From the NCBI GenBank assembly GCA_036397095.1, contig DASWJQ010000108.1, forward strand, positions 5,385-69,384: 64,000 nt of DNA, read 5' to 3'. The notes beneath the pieces are model-generated. The model was not told the DNA's origin. It worked only from the letters and a program-made list of their open reading frames with translations, and searched no databases. Source of the stretch: Anaerolineales bacterium (GTDB lineage Bacteria > Chloroflexota > Anaerolineae > Anaerolineales > E44-bin32). The position numbers and the translations under genes were made by a program. Positions 1 to 9,564 of this stretch are shown one piece after another. Each line of letters opens with the position of its first letter. Position 1 is the stretch's first letter.

Positions 1-735
1 GCTAAGGTCCTATCAGCACTGCTGGATGCCCCGCTGATCCGGCTGCAGTGCTACGAGGGCCTCGATATTCATCAGGCGGTCTACGACTGGAACTACACAC
101 GGCAGATGCTTCACATCCGCCTGACCGAGGCCCAGGGCGGTACGGCCAACGAGGCCGAGCTGTTCGGTCCCGAGTTTCTTTTGCGACGACCCTTATTGGA
201 GGCAATCGACAGTGATTCACAGATCGCCCCCATCCTGCTGATTGATGAGATCGATCGCAGCGATGCCGCCTTCGAAGCCTACTTGCTCGAGGTCCTATCG
301 GACTTTCAGATCACGATTCCGGAAATCGGGACCATCCGCGCTCGTCAGCAACCGCACGTCGTGATTACGTCCAATCGTACCCGGGAGATCCATGACGCTC
401 TCAAGCGCCGCTGTTTGTACCATTGGATTGACTATCCATCCTTCGACAAAGAGCTGGCGATCGTCGGCGCCCGCGTGCCCGAGGCGGCCGAAGCGCTCGC
501 ACGCCAGGTGACGAGCATCGTCCAGTCGCTGCGCGACCGCTCGCTTTACAAGCGGCCGGGGGTGGCCGAAACGCTAGACTGGCTCCGCGCACTGGTCGCC
601 CTAGAGATCGAACTGGTCGACCCGTCGGTACTGCAGGACACGATGGGTGCGCTGCTCAAGACCGAGGAGGATGTAGCTGCGCTGCGCGGCGAGGCGGCTG
701 TCGAGTTGCTGGAGCAGGCAAAAGTGCATGGCTGA
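1..735 (+). CDS. MoxR/CoxD-like AAA+ ATPase (5' end lies outside the window)
   Basis: Frame 1 is open from base 1 (AKVLSALLDAPLIRLQCYEG...). LLIDEIDRSD (Walker B) and VVITSNRTREIHDALKRRC are MoxR-type AAA motifs. It is followed by VWA and XdhC genes, as in coxDEF-type sets. Confidence 0.85.
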   Translation, partial: AKVLSALLDAPLIRLQCYEGLDIHQAVYDWNYTRQMLHIRLTEAQGGTANEAELFGPEFLLRRPLLEAIDSDSQIAPILLIDEIDRSDAAFEAYLLEVLSDFQITIPEIGTIRARQQPHVVITSNRTREIHDALKRRCLYHWIDYPSFDKELAIVGARVPEAAEALARQVTSIVQSLRDRSLYKRPGVAETLDWLRALVALEIELVDPSVLQDTMGALLKTEEDVAALRGEAAVELLEQAKVHG

Positions 736-1897
736 TCCAGGCCCCGGCCACGACTTGTTGGCCCGGATCGTTGGATTCGCTGGCTTCCTGCGTCTGCAAG
801 GCTTGCCAGTAGGTACGCGCCGGGTGGCGGCACTGGTCGAGGCATTGGCATTGATCGATCTGACGGATCGCCGGGCCGTTCAAACGGCCGTCGAGGCGTC
901 GCTGGTCGGGCGGTACGAGGATCTGGCCATACTACGGGCGGCCTTCGATCACTATTGGTCGGGTCAGGCAGGACTGCTGGATCCGCCCGCAGCTGAAGTA
1001 CAGCGCACACCAGCGGTCGATGAGGGCAGCCCACCGGGGTACTGGCGCCCGACCGCCGGCACAGCACCGGACGATGGTGCGGCTGCATTGGACCTGGCCT
1101 ACAGTGCCGTCGAAGTGCTGCGCACCAAGGACTTTGGCCAGATGACAGAAGTAGAGCTGGCCCAGGCCGAACGCCGGCTGGCGGGGCTGACTTTGTGGCC
1201 GGCTAGGCGCCACGGCCGGCGCTGGCAATCGGGCAGCGGGCGGCGGCTGGACTTGCGCCACAGCCTGCGCGCTGGCCTAGCCTACGGCGGCGAGTGGCTC
1301 GAGTTGCGGCGGCTTAACCCGGCGCCGACCCGGCCTCCGTTGCTGGTGCTGGCCGATATCAGCGGGTCGATGGCGCTCTACAGTCGCCTGCTGCTCGCCT
1401 TCTGCTACGGACTGGCCCGCAGGCGCCAACCACCCGTCGAGGTCTTTGTCTTCGGGACCCGGCTGAGTCGGGTTACTTCGCTCCTAAGGCGACATCCGGT
1501 CGGGGCCGCCCTCGACGGCCTCAGGCGGGAAGTGTCCGATTGGTCCGGCGGAACCCGGACCGGTGAGGCCCTGCAGCGGCTGCATATCGATTGGGGCCGG
1601 CGGATGTTGAGCCGGCGGCCGGTGGTGCTGATTCTGAGCGATGGCTGGGACCGTGGCGACCCCAGCCTGCTTGCAGCTGGTATGGCGCGCCTGGCGCGCA
1701 GCGCCGAACGTCTTATCTGGCTTAACCCGCTCGTGGGCAAGGCCGGCTACCGCCCGCTGACCCGGGGCCTGCAAGCCAGCCTGGCTCATGTGGATGATTT
1801 CCTGCCGGCTCACAATCTGGCGAGCCTGGAGTCACTGTTGGCCGTGCTCAGTCAGCCCAACCAACCATCGTCCGTTCACATAAGGCAGGCTGCATGA
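728..1897 (+). CDS. VWA-domain protein, CoxE family
   Basis: It overlaps the upstream ATPase gene by 8 nt. The C-terminal half (LLVLADISGSM...VVLILSDGWDRGD) looks like a VWA/MIDAS domain, the typical partner of a MoxR ATPase. Confidence 0.85.
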   Translation: MADPGPGHDLLARIVGFAGFLRLQGLPVGTRRVAALVEALALIDLTDRRAVQTAVEASLVGRYEDLAILRAAFDHYWSGQAGLLDPPAAEVQRTPAVDEGSPPGYWRPTAGTAPDDGAAALDLAYSAVEVLRTKDFGQMTEVELAQAERRLAGLTLWPARRHGRRWQSGSGRRLDLRHSLRAGLAYGGEWLELRRLNPAPTRPPLLVLADISGSMALYSRLLLAFCYGLARRRQPPVEVFVFGTRLSRVTSLLRRHPVGAALDGLRREVSDWSGGTRTGEALQRLHIDWGRRMLSRRPVVLILSDGWDRGDPSLLAAGMARLARSAERLIWLNPLVGKAGYRPLTRGLQASLAHVDDFLPAHNLASLESLLAVLSQPNQPSSVHIRQAA

Positions 1898-2949
1898 AAG
1901 ACATCCTTTCCGAGGTCGAGCGCTGGCGAAAATCCAATACCCCGGTGGCACTGGCGACCGTCGTCGATACCTGGGGGTCATCGCCGCGCGGGGTTGGCGC
2001 CAAGATGGCGATCACCGCCGAAGGAGGAATTGCCGGGTCGGTCAGCGGCGGCTGTGTCGAAGGGGCAGTCGTCGAGGTTGGCCAAGAGGTGCTCCTGGGG
2101 ACGGCCCCACAGTTGCTGCACTTCGGCGTTTCGGATGAGACAGCTTGGGGGGTTGGTCTGGCCTGCGGAGGGGAAATCGAGGTCTTTGTCGAGCCGCTGG
2201 CCGACGAACATTTGACTTTTGTCGAGCTGGCTATCGAGCGCGACACACCGGTTGCCAGCCTGACGATCATTCGCGGCCCGGCGGCTGCCCTTGGGGCCAA
2301 GATGAGCGCGCGTGGCAACCGGGGCGAAGAAGTGTGGGGCCAGCTTGACAGCCAGTGGGGAGAAGCAGGTCTGGCGGCGCTGCGCCGAGGAATCCGCCAG
2401 AATCGCTCGGGGCGGCAGGTGCTGGTCGAGGCCGGTGAGCAAACGATCGAGGCCTTTGTCGATGTCATCCCGCCTCAACCGACGCTGATCATGATTGGCG
2501 GGGTTCATATCTCGGTTGCCCTGGCCAAGATCGGTGCCGCGCTGGGGCAGCGGACGATTGTGGTTGACCCCCGACGGACCTTTGGCACTCGTGAGCGTTT
2601 CCCCGAGGTCGACGAGCTGCTAACGGTGTGGCCACAAGAGGCCTTCGAGCGAATTTCGATCCAAACCAGTACCGCCATTGCCGTCTTGACGCATGATCCG
2701 AAGATTGATGACCCGGCGCTAATGGCGGCGCTGCCCAGCCCCGCCTACTACGTTGGTGCCCTCGGCAGCCGGCGAACGCACGCCAAGCGGGTGCAGCGGC
2801 TGACCGAAGCCGGTATGTCACCCGAGTTGCTCGGCCGGCTGCATGCCCCGATTGGTCTGGACCTGGGCGCCATCACTCCGGAAGAAATCGCGTTGGCAGT
2901 GATGGCCGAGATCGTCCAGACCTACCGAACCGGCGATCCAGACTCCTAG
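1894..2949 (+). CDS. XdhC/CoxF-type molybdenum-cofactor insertion accessory protein
   Basis: It overlaps the upstream gene by 4 nt. It has an N-terminal XdhC_CoxI-like region (ALATVVDTWGSSPRGVGAKMAI) and a C-terminal Rossmann-like part (LIMIGGVHISVALAKIGAALG). Confidence 0.85.
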   Translation: MKDILSEVERWRKSNTPVALATVVDTWGSSPRGVGAKMAITAEGGIAGSVSGGCVEGAVVEVGQEVLLGTAPQLLHFGVSDETAWGVGLACGGEIEVFVEPLADEHLTFVELAIERDTPVASLTIIRGPAAALGAKMSARGNRGEEVWGQLDSQWGEAGLAALRRGIRQNRSGRQVLVEAGEQTIEAFVDVIPPQPTLIMIGGVHISVALAKIGAALGQRTIVVDPRRTFGTRERFPEVDELLTVWPQEAFERISIQTSTAIAVLTHDPKIDDPALMAALPSPAYYVGALGSRRTHAKRVQRLTEAGMSPELLGRLHAPIGLDLGAITPEEIALAVMAEIVQTYRTGDPDS

Positions 2950-4088
2950 ACGCCAAACAAGTGTGTGATGAGTGTGGTGGCGGCGCCGCCCACGCTCTGC
3001 ATCATTGCCACCTTGGCCCCCGCGACCTGATTGGGACCGGCCTGGCCTGTCAGCTGTAGGAAGATTTCAGCAGCCTGATACAGGCCGGTCGCGCCGATTG
3101 GATGACCGCGCGCTTTAAGTCCACCCATGGTCGTGATGGGAATACGGCCGGTGAGGCCGATCTCGCCTTCCATCGCCAAGCGCCAGCCCGAGCCACGCTC
3201 GGCAAAGCCGGCGGCTTCCAGCAACAGGCAAGCCATGATGCTGAAGGCGTCGTGCACTTCGACCAAATCGATGTCGCTGGGCTGTAAGCCTGCCTGGTCG
3301 AAGGCGAGCTGCGCCGAGCGCGCGGCGGCCGCCAGCTGAAGCGGGTCCCGGCGGTCGCGCACGCGAAAACGATCGGTGGCCACACTCGATGCCAGTACCT
3401 TGACAGCGTGCTTGGCTGGTCCGGGGGCCTTTTCGCTGGCGAGCAGCACGGCGGCGGCGCCATCGCAAATCGGCGAGCAGTCGAACAAGCGGATTGGCGG
3501 CTGAATCAGGCGCGAGGTTAGTACCTGGTCGACCGTAATCTGCTTTGTCCGAAACAGTGCGTGGGGGTTGCCGGCCGCATTGCGGTGGGCGTTCACCGAG
3601 AAGTGGGCCAACGCCTCGTCAGGCACCTGGTAGCGATCGAGATACAGGTCCATAAGCTCGGCGTTGCGCCGGATCAACGTGTCGCCATCGGGGACCTCGA
3701 ACTGGGCATCGAGAGCTTTGGCCAGTGCCGGTGTCGCCACGCCTTCACTCATCTTCTCCACGCCCAAGGCCAGCACCAGGTCGGCCGCGCCGGAGGCCAC
3801 CGCCAGTTGGCCCATCCGTAAACTGGCGGCGCCGGAGGCGGTCGCCGCCCGCACTTCGAGAGCCTCGGTAGGCGTTAGGCCGGCTTCGTCGGCGATCAGC
3901 GCTGCCACATGCTTTTGTCCTTGGAGATCATCGCTGAGCATATTGCCGACGTAGACGGCGTCGACGCGCTCGATGCCGGCGGCGGCCAGTGTTTGGCGGG
4001 CAACGAGGGCGCCCATCTGACGCAGTGTGAGTGTGCTGGCTTGCTCAACTGGAAGTTGAGCGGCGGCAATGAGATAGACGTCGCGCAT
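2946..4088 (-). CDS. thiolase-like protein (SCP-x / acetyl-CoA acetyltransferase-like family)
   Basis: Start moved to ATG 4088 (MRDVYLIAAAQLPV) with GGAGAGG upstream. It has a thiolase-type C-terminus (GGLKARGHPIGATGLYQ, SVGGAATT). Its stop overlaps the xdhC-like stop in a CTAG. Confidence 0.8.
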   Translation of the reverse strand: MRDVYLIAAAQLPVEQASTLTLRQMGALVARQTLAAAGIERVDAVYVGNMLSDDLQGQKHVAALIADEAGLTPTEALEVRAATASGAASLRMGQLAVASGAADLVLALGVEKMSEGVATPALAKALDAQFEVPDGDTLIRRNAELMDLYLDRYQVPDEALAHFSVNAHRNAAGNPHALFRTKQITVDQVLTSRLIQPPIRLFDCSPICDGAAAVLLASEKAPGPAKHAVKVLASSVATDRFRVRDRRDPLQLAAAARSAQLAFDQAGLQPSDIDLVEVHDAFSIMACLLLEAAGFAERGSGWRLAMEGEIGLTGRIPITTMGGLKARGHPIGATGLYQAAEIFLQLTGQAGPNQVAGAKVAMMQSVGGAATTLITHLFGV

Positions 4089-4104
4089 GACTAAACCTCT
4101 CCCC

Positions 4105-5307
4105 TCAGGCCACGGCACCCGAGGCGCGCCAGGCCTCGATGTCAGACTGGGCGTAACCCAGTTCGGCCAACAGCTCATCGGTGTGCTGGCCCAAGGTCGG
4201 TGGAGCCAGCCGGATAGACACCGGTGATTCCATCAAGCGGAGCGGGGAGCCGACCAATGGTAGCGTCCCCTCTGTCGGATGCACGACCTGGCTTTGCAGC
4301 CCGCGGGCTATCACCTGTGGGTCTTGAAAGACGCGGTCCATCGAGTTAATCGGCGCCGAGGCGATGCCGATCTGCTCAAACATTGCCAACCAGTCGGCCG
4401 CCGGCCGCCCGGCGAACAGCGACTGCAGCATGGCAACGACCTGCTGGCGATTGCTGACCCGGGCGGCGTTGGTGGCGAACATCTCGTCATTGGCCCACTG
4501 GGGGCGGTCGACCGCCTCACAGAAGCGGGCCCACTGTTGATCATTCCCAATGGCAAAGGCTATGTAGTCGTCGCCGGCCTGGAAGGATTGGTAGGGGACG
4601 ATATTGGGATGAGCGTTGCCCAGCCGCGGCGGCATTTCGCCGGAAACCAGGTAATTGCTGGCGACATAGCTCATAAGGGCGACCATCGAGTCCAGCAGAG
4701 AGATGTCGATGCGCTGTCCCTGGCCGGTCCGCTCGCGGGCGAATAGGCTGGCTAGGATAGCATTGGAGGCAAATATGCCGGCGGCCAGGTCGGCAATGGC
4801 AACGCCCGCCCGGATGGGCTCACCGTCGGCAGGGCCGGTGACGCTCATGAATCCACCAAGCGCCTGCACGATGAAGTCATAGCCAGGTCGGTCGGCATAT
4901 GGACCGTTGTGGCCATAGCCGGTGATGGTGCAGTAGATGACATCGGGCCTTAGTGCCTGAAGGGCCGGGTAATCCAACCCGAGCCTGGCCAGCGTGCCGG
5001 TCTTGAAATTCTCGACCACCAAGTCCGCACCCTTGATGAGCCGGCGTAGGATGGACAGGCCTACATCGGATTTGAGGTCAATGGCGATACTGCGTTTGTT
5101 GCGGTTGGCGCTCAGGTAGTAGGCCGAAAGACCACCCTCTGTGAACGGTGGCCCCCAGTGGCGGGTGTCATCGCCACGGCCGGGTGCTTCGATCTTGATG
5201 ACATCAGCGCCCAGGTCACCAAGCATCATGGTGCAGTAGGGTCCCGCGAGCACACGTGTCAGGTCGACAACGCGGATGCCATCAAGCAACGGCGAAGCCT
5301 CGGGCAT
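4105..5307 (-). CDS. family III CoA-transferase (CaiB/BaiF type)
   Basis: Start moved to ATG 5307. MPEASPLLDGIRVVDLTRVLAGPYCTMMLGDLGADVIKIE is the canonical family III N-terminus. It lies 16 nt upstream of the thiolase-like gene. Confidence 0.85.
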   Translation of the reverse strand: MPEASPLLDGIRVVDLTRVLAGPYCTMMLGDLGADVIKIEAPGRGDDTRHWGPPFTEGGLSAYYLSANRNKRSIAIDLKSDVGLSILRRLIKGADLVVENFKTGTLARLGLDYPALQALRPDVIYCTITGYGHNGPYADRPGYDFIVQALGGFMSVTGPADGEPIRAGVAIADLAAGIFASNAILASLFARERTGQGQRIDISLLDSMVALMSYVASNYLVSGEMPPRLGNAHPNIVPYQSFQAGDDYIAFAIGNDQQWARFCEAVDRPQWANDEMFATNAARVSNRQQVVAMLQSLFAGRPAADWLAMFEQIGIASAPINSMDRVFQDPQVIARGLQSQVVHPTEGTLPLVGSPLRLMESPVSIRLAPPTLGQHTDELLAELGYAQSDIEAWRASGAVA

Positions 5308-5531
5308 GGTCTCTCCTTGCAGATCCTGGGTTGGCGCACGGCGAACGGCCGTCAACTGGAATGGCCAGATTATACTGAGCCCCCATCGTGCTCGCCTGGC
5401 TGGGTTTGTCAGCCTGGCAACGTAATGCATATAATCGTGGCACTGGCTTGGCTGAAGGCAAGCCCGTCATCACCATTCGGGCTGCCTTCTTCGTTTCAAG
5501 CGGTGGACGGCGGTCAATCTGGGAGAAATGG

Positions 5532-6407
5532 ATGAAACCCGCCCCATTTGTGTATCACGCTCCCGAGAGCGTCGACCAGGCGATTGAGTTGCTGGGCGAA
5601 GTTGGCGAAGATGCCAAGCTGCTGGCCGGGGGGCAGAGCTTGGTCCCAGCGATGAACTTCCGGATTCTGCAGCCATCCGTGCTGATCGACCTTAACCGGA
5701 TTGACGCCTTGACCTACCTGGAGCCGACCGACGACGGCGGCGTGCGTATGGGCGCCATGACCCGCCAAGCGGCGGTGGAGCATTCCGAGGAGGTGGCCAA
5801 ACGGGTGCCTCTATTGCAGCTGGCGATGCCGTTAATTGCCCACCCTCAGATCCGCAACCGAGGCACAATCGGCGGCAGTCTGGCCCATGCCGATCCGGCC
5901 GCCGAGCTGCCGGTGGCGGCCGTCGCCGCCGATGCCAGCTTCGTCATCCGGCACAACGGCAGCCAGCGAACGGTGGCCGCCCCCGAGTTCTTCCAAGGGA
6001 TGTTCACGACGGATCTCGGGCCGCAGGACCTGCTGGTCGAGATCCAATGGCCCGGCACGCCGGCCCGCACTGGTTGGGCCTTCGAGGAAGTCACACGCCG
6101 ATCGGGTGACTACGCTATGGCCGGGGTTGCTGCCCGAGTGACCCTGGCACAAGATGGCGCCTGTGAACAGGCGCGTCTGGTCTACCTGAATGTTGGCGAC
6201 GGACCGACGCTGGCGCCCCAAGCCGCCGACATGCTCCGTGGCCAGAGTCGGTCGAGTGACTTGTTCGCCGAAGCCGCCGACAAGGCCGCCGCCGACGAGA
6301 TATTCCCCTTCGGCAACGTGCACGCCAGCCCGAACTACCAGCGACATCTGGCGCGGGTCCTCACGATCCGGGCGTTGGAAAACGCCTGGCAGCGGGCGGC
6401 CGGCTAA
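5532..6407 (+). CDS. Mo-hydroxylase FAD-binding medium subunit (CoxM/XdhB-like)
   Basis: Start moved to ATG 5532 (GGGAGAAA RBS). MKPAPFVYHAPESVDQAIELL...AGGQSLVPAMNFR is the FAD_binding_5 type. Confidence 0.85.
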   Translation: MKPAPFVYHAPESVDQAIELLGEVGEDAKLLAGGQSLVPAMNFRILQPSVLIDLNRIDALTYLEPTDDGGVRMGAMTRQAAVEHSEEVAKRVPLLQLAMPLIAHPQIRNRGTIGGSLAHADPAAELPVAAVAADASFVIRHNGSQRTVAAPEFFQGMFTTDLGPQDLLVEIQWPGTPARTGWAFEEVTRRSGDYAMAGVAARVTLAQDGACEQARLVYLNVGDGPTLAPQAADMLRGQSRSSDLFAEAADKAAADEIFPFGNVHASPNYQRHLARVLTIRALENAWQRAAG

Positions 6408-6452
6408 TTAAGCCAGGTCTCTTGAGCTCGAGAAGTAGCCAGGAGCAGACAG

Positions 6453-6926
6453 ATGCAGCCTTTGCATACGGTTCGACTTACGGTCAACGGCCAGGCGTAC
6501 GAGCGACAGGTGGAGCCCAGGCTGCTGCTGTCCGACTTCTTGCGCCACGAACTGGCTCTGACCGGGACCCATGTTGGCTGCGAGCACGGCGTGTGCGGCG
6601 CGTGCACCATCTTGCTCGATGGCCAGTCCGTCCGCTCGTGCTTGATGCTGGCCGTGCAGGCTGAGGGCCACGAGTTGAAAACGGTCGAAGGGCTGGCGCC
6701 TTCGCCCGACGAGCTCCATCCGCTTCAGCAGGCCTTTTGGGAGAAACACGGCTTGCAGTGCGGTTTTTGCACCGCCGGCATCATGATGACGCTGGTGCCG
6801 TTCCTCGAGACCAACGAGCGGCCCAACGAAAACCAAATCCGCGAAGCACTCTCCGGCAACATCTGCCGCTGTACTGGCTACCAACACATCATTGACGCGG
6901 TGCTTCACGCCTCTCACCCAAGTTGA
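6453..6926 (+). CDS. Mo-hydroxylase [2Fe-2S] small subunit (CoxS-like)
   Basis: Both cluster motifs are present: CEHGVCGACT and CGFCTAG...CRCTGY. Confidence 0.9.
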   Translation: MQPLHTVRLTVNGQAYERQVEPRLLLSDFLRHELALTGTHVGCEHGVCGACTILLDGQSVRSCLMLAVQAEGHELKTVEGLAPSPDELHPLQQAFWEKHGLQCGFCTAGIMMTLVPFLETNERPNENQIREALSGNICRCTGYQHIIDAVLHASHPS

Positions 6927-6929
6927 TCG

Positions 6930-8285
6930 ATGGCTATCGCTGACCACTGCGAGCGCTTGGAGTCGTTAGCCGGTGTCCTGACGGGCGGCCGGCAAACGCT
7001 GGCCGGCTACCTGGACGAACTTGAAGAACGCTTCACCAGGATCGAGCCTGAGATCCAGGCGTTTGTCGAGGAGCCGGCGCGTTTTGCACGGTTGCGTGCG
7101 GAGGCGGCGCAGCTGCTCGAGGCGTATCCGCATCCCCAGGACCGGCCAGCCTTGTTTGGGGTGCCGGTTGGGGTCAAGGATATCTTTCATGTCGAGGGCT
7201 TGGTCACTCGGGCGGGAACAGTGCCACCGCCGGAACGGCTGCAGGGTCCGGAAGCCGAAGCCATCCATCGGCTGAAACAGGCCGGTGCGCTGATTCTGGG
7301 CAAGACGGTGACGACCGAGTTTGGCTATTTTGCACCCGGGCCGACGCGCAATCCGCACAACCCGGATCACACGCCGGGCGGGTCGAGCAGTGGGTCGGCG
7401 GCAGCTGTCGGTGCTGGCCTGTGCCCGCTGGCGGTCGGCAGCCAGACAATCGGATCCATCATCAGGCCTGCCGCGTATTGCGGGGTGGTCGGTTACAAAC
7501 CGAGCTACGGTCGCATCTCGCGCGTTGGCATGATCCCGCTGGCGCCGTCCGTCGACCATACCGGCTTTCTGACGACGGACGCCGTCTCGGCCAGGCTGGC
7601 GGCCAGCCAGCTGTGCTACGACTGGTCGACCCGCCAAGGCCGGCCGCGGCCGGTGCTTGGCGTACCGGAAGGGCCATACTTGGAGTACGCCGACCAGGTA
7701 GCGGTCGAACATCTGCGACATATTATTGGGGTCCTGGAGCAGGCCGGATTCGTCACCCGGCCGGTTCCCGCCCTGGCCGACTTCGATCAGGTGCAGCGAG
7801 CTCACCACCGTTTGGTCGCGGGGGAAGCGGCCCGGGTCCACCAACGCTGGTACGCCGACTATGTCGAAACCTATCATCCTACGACCCTGGCGTTGGTGCG
7901 GGATGGGCAGGCGGTCAGCGACGATGAGCTGACGGCGGCGCGTGAGAGCTGTCTTCGGCTGCGCCATCAATTGACCCAGACGATGGATGCCTACGGGATC
8001 GACCTGTGGATCACGCCCTCCGCCACCGGGCCAGCGCCGGCCGGGCTGGCCAACACCGGTGACCCGGTGATGAATCTGCCGTGGAGCCACGCAGGATTGC
8101 CGGCCCTGGGGCTACCGGCTGGCCTGGCGGCCAACGGTCTGCCGCTGGGGGTGCAGTTGGTGGGGCGCTGGTTTGCGGATGAAGAGCTGATGTCGCAAGC
8201 CATCGTTCTGGAGCAGGCCTTGGCGCCGCTCCAGGGCCGACCGTTTACCATGATTGCCGGCGACGATGTCGCCCGTCCAGAATAG
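6930..8285 (+). CDS. amidase-signature family amidase
   Basis: It has GVPVGVKD (catalytic Lys region) and the GGSSSGSAAAV amidase signature. It starts 3 nt after the coxS-like stop. Confidence 0.85.
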   Translation: MAIADHCERLESLAGVLTGGRQTLAGYLDELEERFTRIEPEIQAFVEEPARFARLRAEAAQLLEAYPHPQDRPALFGVPVGVKDIFHVEGLVTRAGTVPPPERLQGPEAEAIHRLKQAGALILGKTVTTEFGYFAPGPTRNPHNPDHTPGGSSSGSAAAVGAGLCPLAVGSQTIGSIIRPAAYCGVVGYKPSYGRISRVGMIPLAPSVDHTGFLTTDAVSARLAASQLCYDWSTRQGRPRPVLGVPEGPYLEYADQVAVEHLRHIIGVLEQAGFVTRPVPALADFDQVQRAHHRLVAGEAARVHQRWYADYVETYHPTTLALVRDGQAVSDDELTAARESCLRLRHQLTQTMDAYGIDLWITPSATGPAPAGLANTGDPVMNLPWSHAGLPALGLPAGLAANGLPLGVQLVGRWFADEELMSQAIVLEQALAPLQGRPFTMIAGDDVARPE

Positions 8286-8310
8286 ACAGGGCCAAGCGAG
8301 AGAAGGCTGC

Positions 8311-9564
8311 ATGATGGATACCCGGCAGGCTAACCAGACGGCGTTCGAGCGCATGATGGCCAGCCAGCCGCGCCTGGTTAGGGTTGCCCCGGCGGGCGAG
8401 GTCGTTCCCGGCCTGACCGGCGACTTAATCTTGCACGCAGGCCCGCCCATTGCCTGGGACCAAATGAGCGGGCCTCTGCGCGGTGCCATCATCGGTGCGC
8501 TGCTTCTTGAAGGGCGCGCCCAGGTCGAGGACGAGGCCGCCGAGCTGGCGGCCAGCGGAGACATCCGCTTCGCACCCTGCCACCATCACGATGCGGTCGG
8601 GCCGATGGCGGGGGTTCTTTCGCCTTCGATGGCGGTCTACGTGGTCGAAGATTCAGCCGGCGGCCAGCTGACATTCTCCAGCTTGAATGAAGGCTATGGC
8701 AAGGTGCTGCGCTATGGCGCGTTTGCCCCCGAGGTCATCGAGAAGCTGCGCTGGATGAACCGGTCCATGGCGCCCGCTTTAAGCGCCGCGTTGGAGCAGT
8801 TAGGGGAGGTTGACTTGCGGGCCCTGATCGCCGAAGCGTTGCACATGGGCGACGAGGGTCACAATCGCAACAAGGCGGGTTCGCTTCTCTTCCTGCGCAC
8901 GCTGGCACCGGTCCTGGCGCAGGTCGTCGCCGACGCTGACGAAGGCAACCGCATCTTGGCCTTCCTCGGGGGAAACGCCCTCAGCGTGCTCAACCCGGTG
9001 ATGGCGGCCTGCAAAGCCATGACTCTGGCCGCCCATGGTGTGGAGGGCAGCAGCCTGGTGACTGTGATGGCCCGCAATGGCACCGACTTCGGCATCCGCG
9101 TGAGCGGGCTGGGCGACCGCTGGTTCGTGGCCCCCTGCGAGATGCCGGCTGGCAAGTACTTCGAGGGCTACAGCCAGAACGATGCCAACCCCGATATCGG
9201 GGACAGCACGATCACCGAGACGGCCGGCATCGGTGCCTTTGCCATGGCGGCGGCCCCGGCAATTGTCGAATTCATCAGCGGCACGCCCGAACTGACGATG
9301 GAATCAACGCTGGAGATGTATCAGATTACGCAGGGTGAGCACGAGCACTTCAACATACCGGCGCTCGGCTTCCGCGGCACCCCGACCGCCATCGATGCCT
9401 TCAAGGTGGTTGAGACCGGCATCCTGCCCCGCATCAACACCGGCATCGCCCACCGGGAGGCTGGGGTGGGACAAATCGGGGCGGGGCTCGTTCGACCGCC
9501 GATGGCAGTGTTTCAGGAGGCGGCGGAGGCGTTGCGCACCCAAGGTGCGCAGCACCATGGGTAA
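8311..9564 (+). CDS. DUF1116 protein, YlbE/AllG-like (oxamate carbamoyltransferase subunit G family)
   Basis: Start moved to ATG 8311. There are long collinear blocks with E. coli YlbE as I remember it: LHAGPP..W..M.GP..GA, PCHH..AVGPM.G, FGIRVSGLG.RWF.AP, NPD.GDS.ITET.GIG, INTGIAH.EAG.GQIGAG. Confidence 0.85.
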   Translation: MMDTRQANQTAFERMMASQPRLVRVAPAGEVVPGLTGDLILHAGPPIAWDQMSGPLRGAIIGALLLEGRAQVEDEAAELAASGDIRFAPCHHHDAVGPMAGVLSPSMAVYVVEDSAGGQLTFSSLNEGYGKVLRYGAFAPEVIEKLRWMNRSMAPALSAALEQLGEVDLRALIAEALHMGDEGHNRNKAGSLLFLRTLAPVLAQVVADADEGNRILAFLGGNALSVLNPVMAACKAMTLAAHGVEGSSLVTVMARNGTDFGIRVSGLGDRWFVAPCEMPAGKYFEGYSQNDANPDIGDSTITETAGIGAFAMAAAPAIVEFISGTPELTMESTLEMYQITQGEHEHFNIPALGFRGTPTAIDAFKVVETGILPRINTGIAHREAGVGQIGAGLVRPPMAVFQEAAEALRTQGAQHHG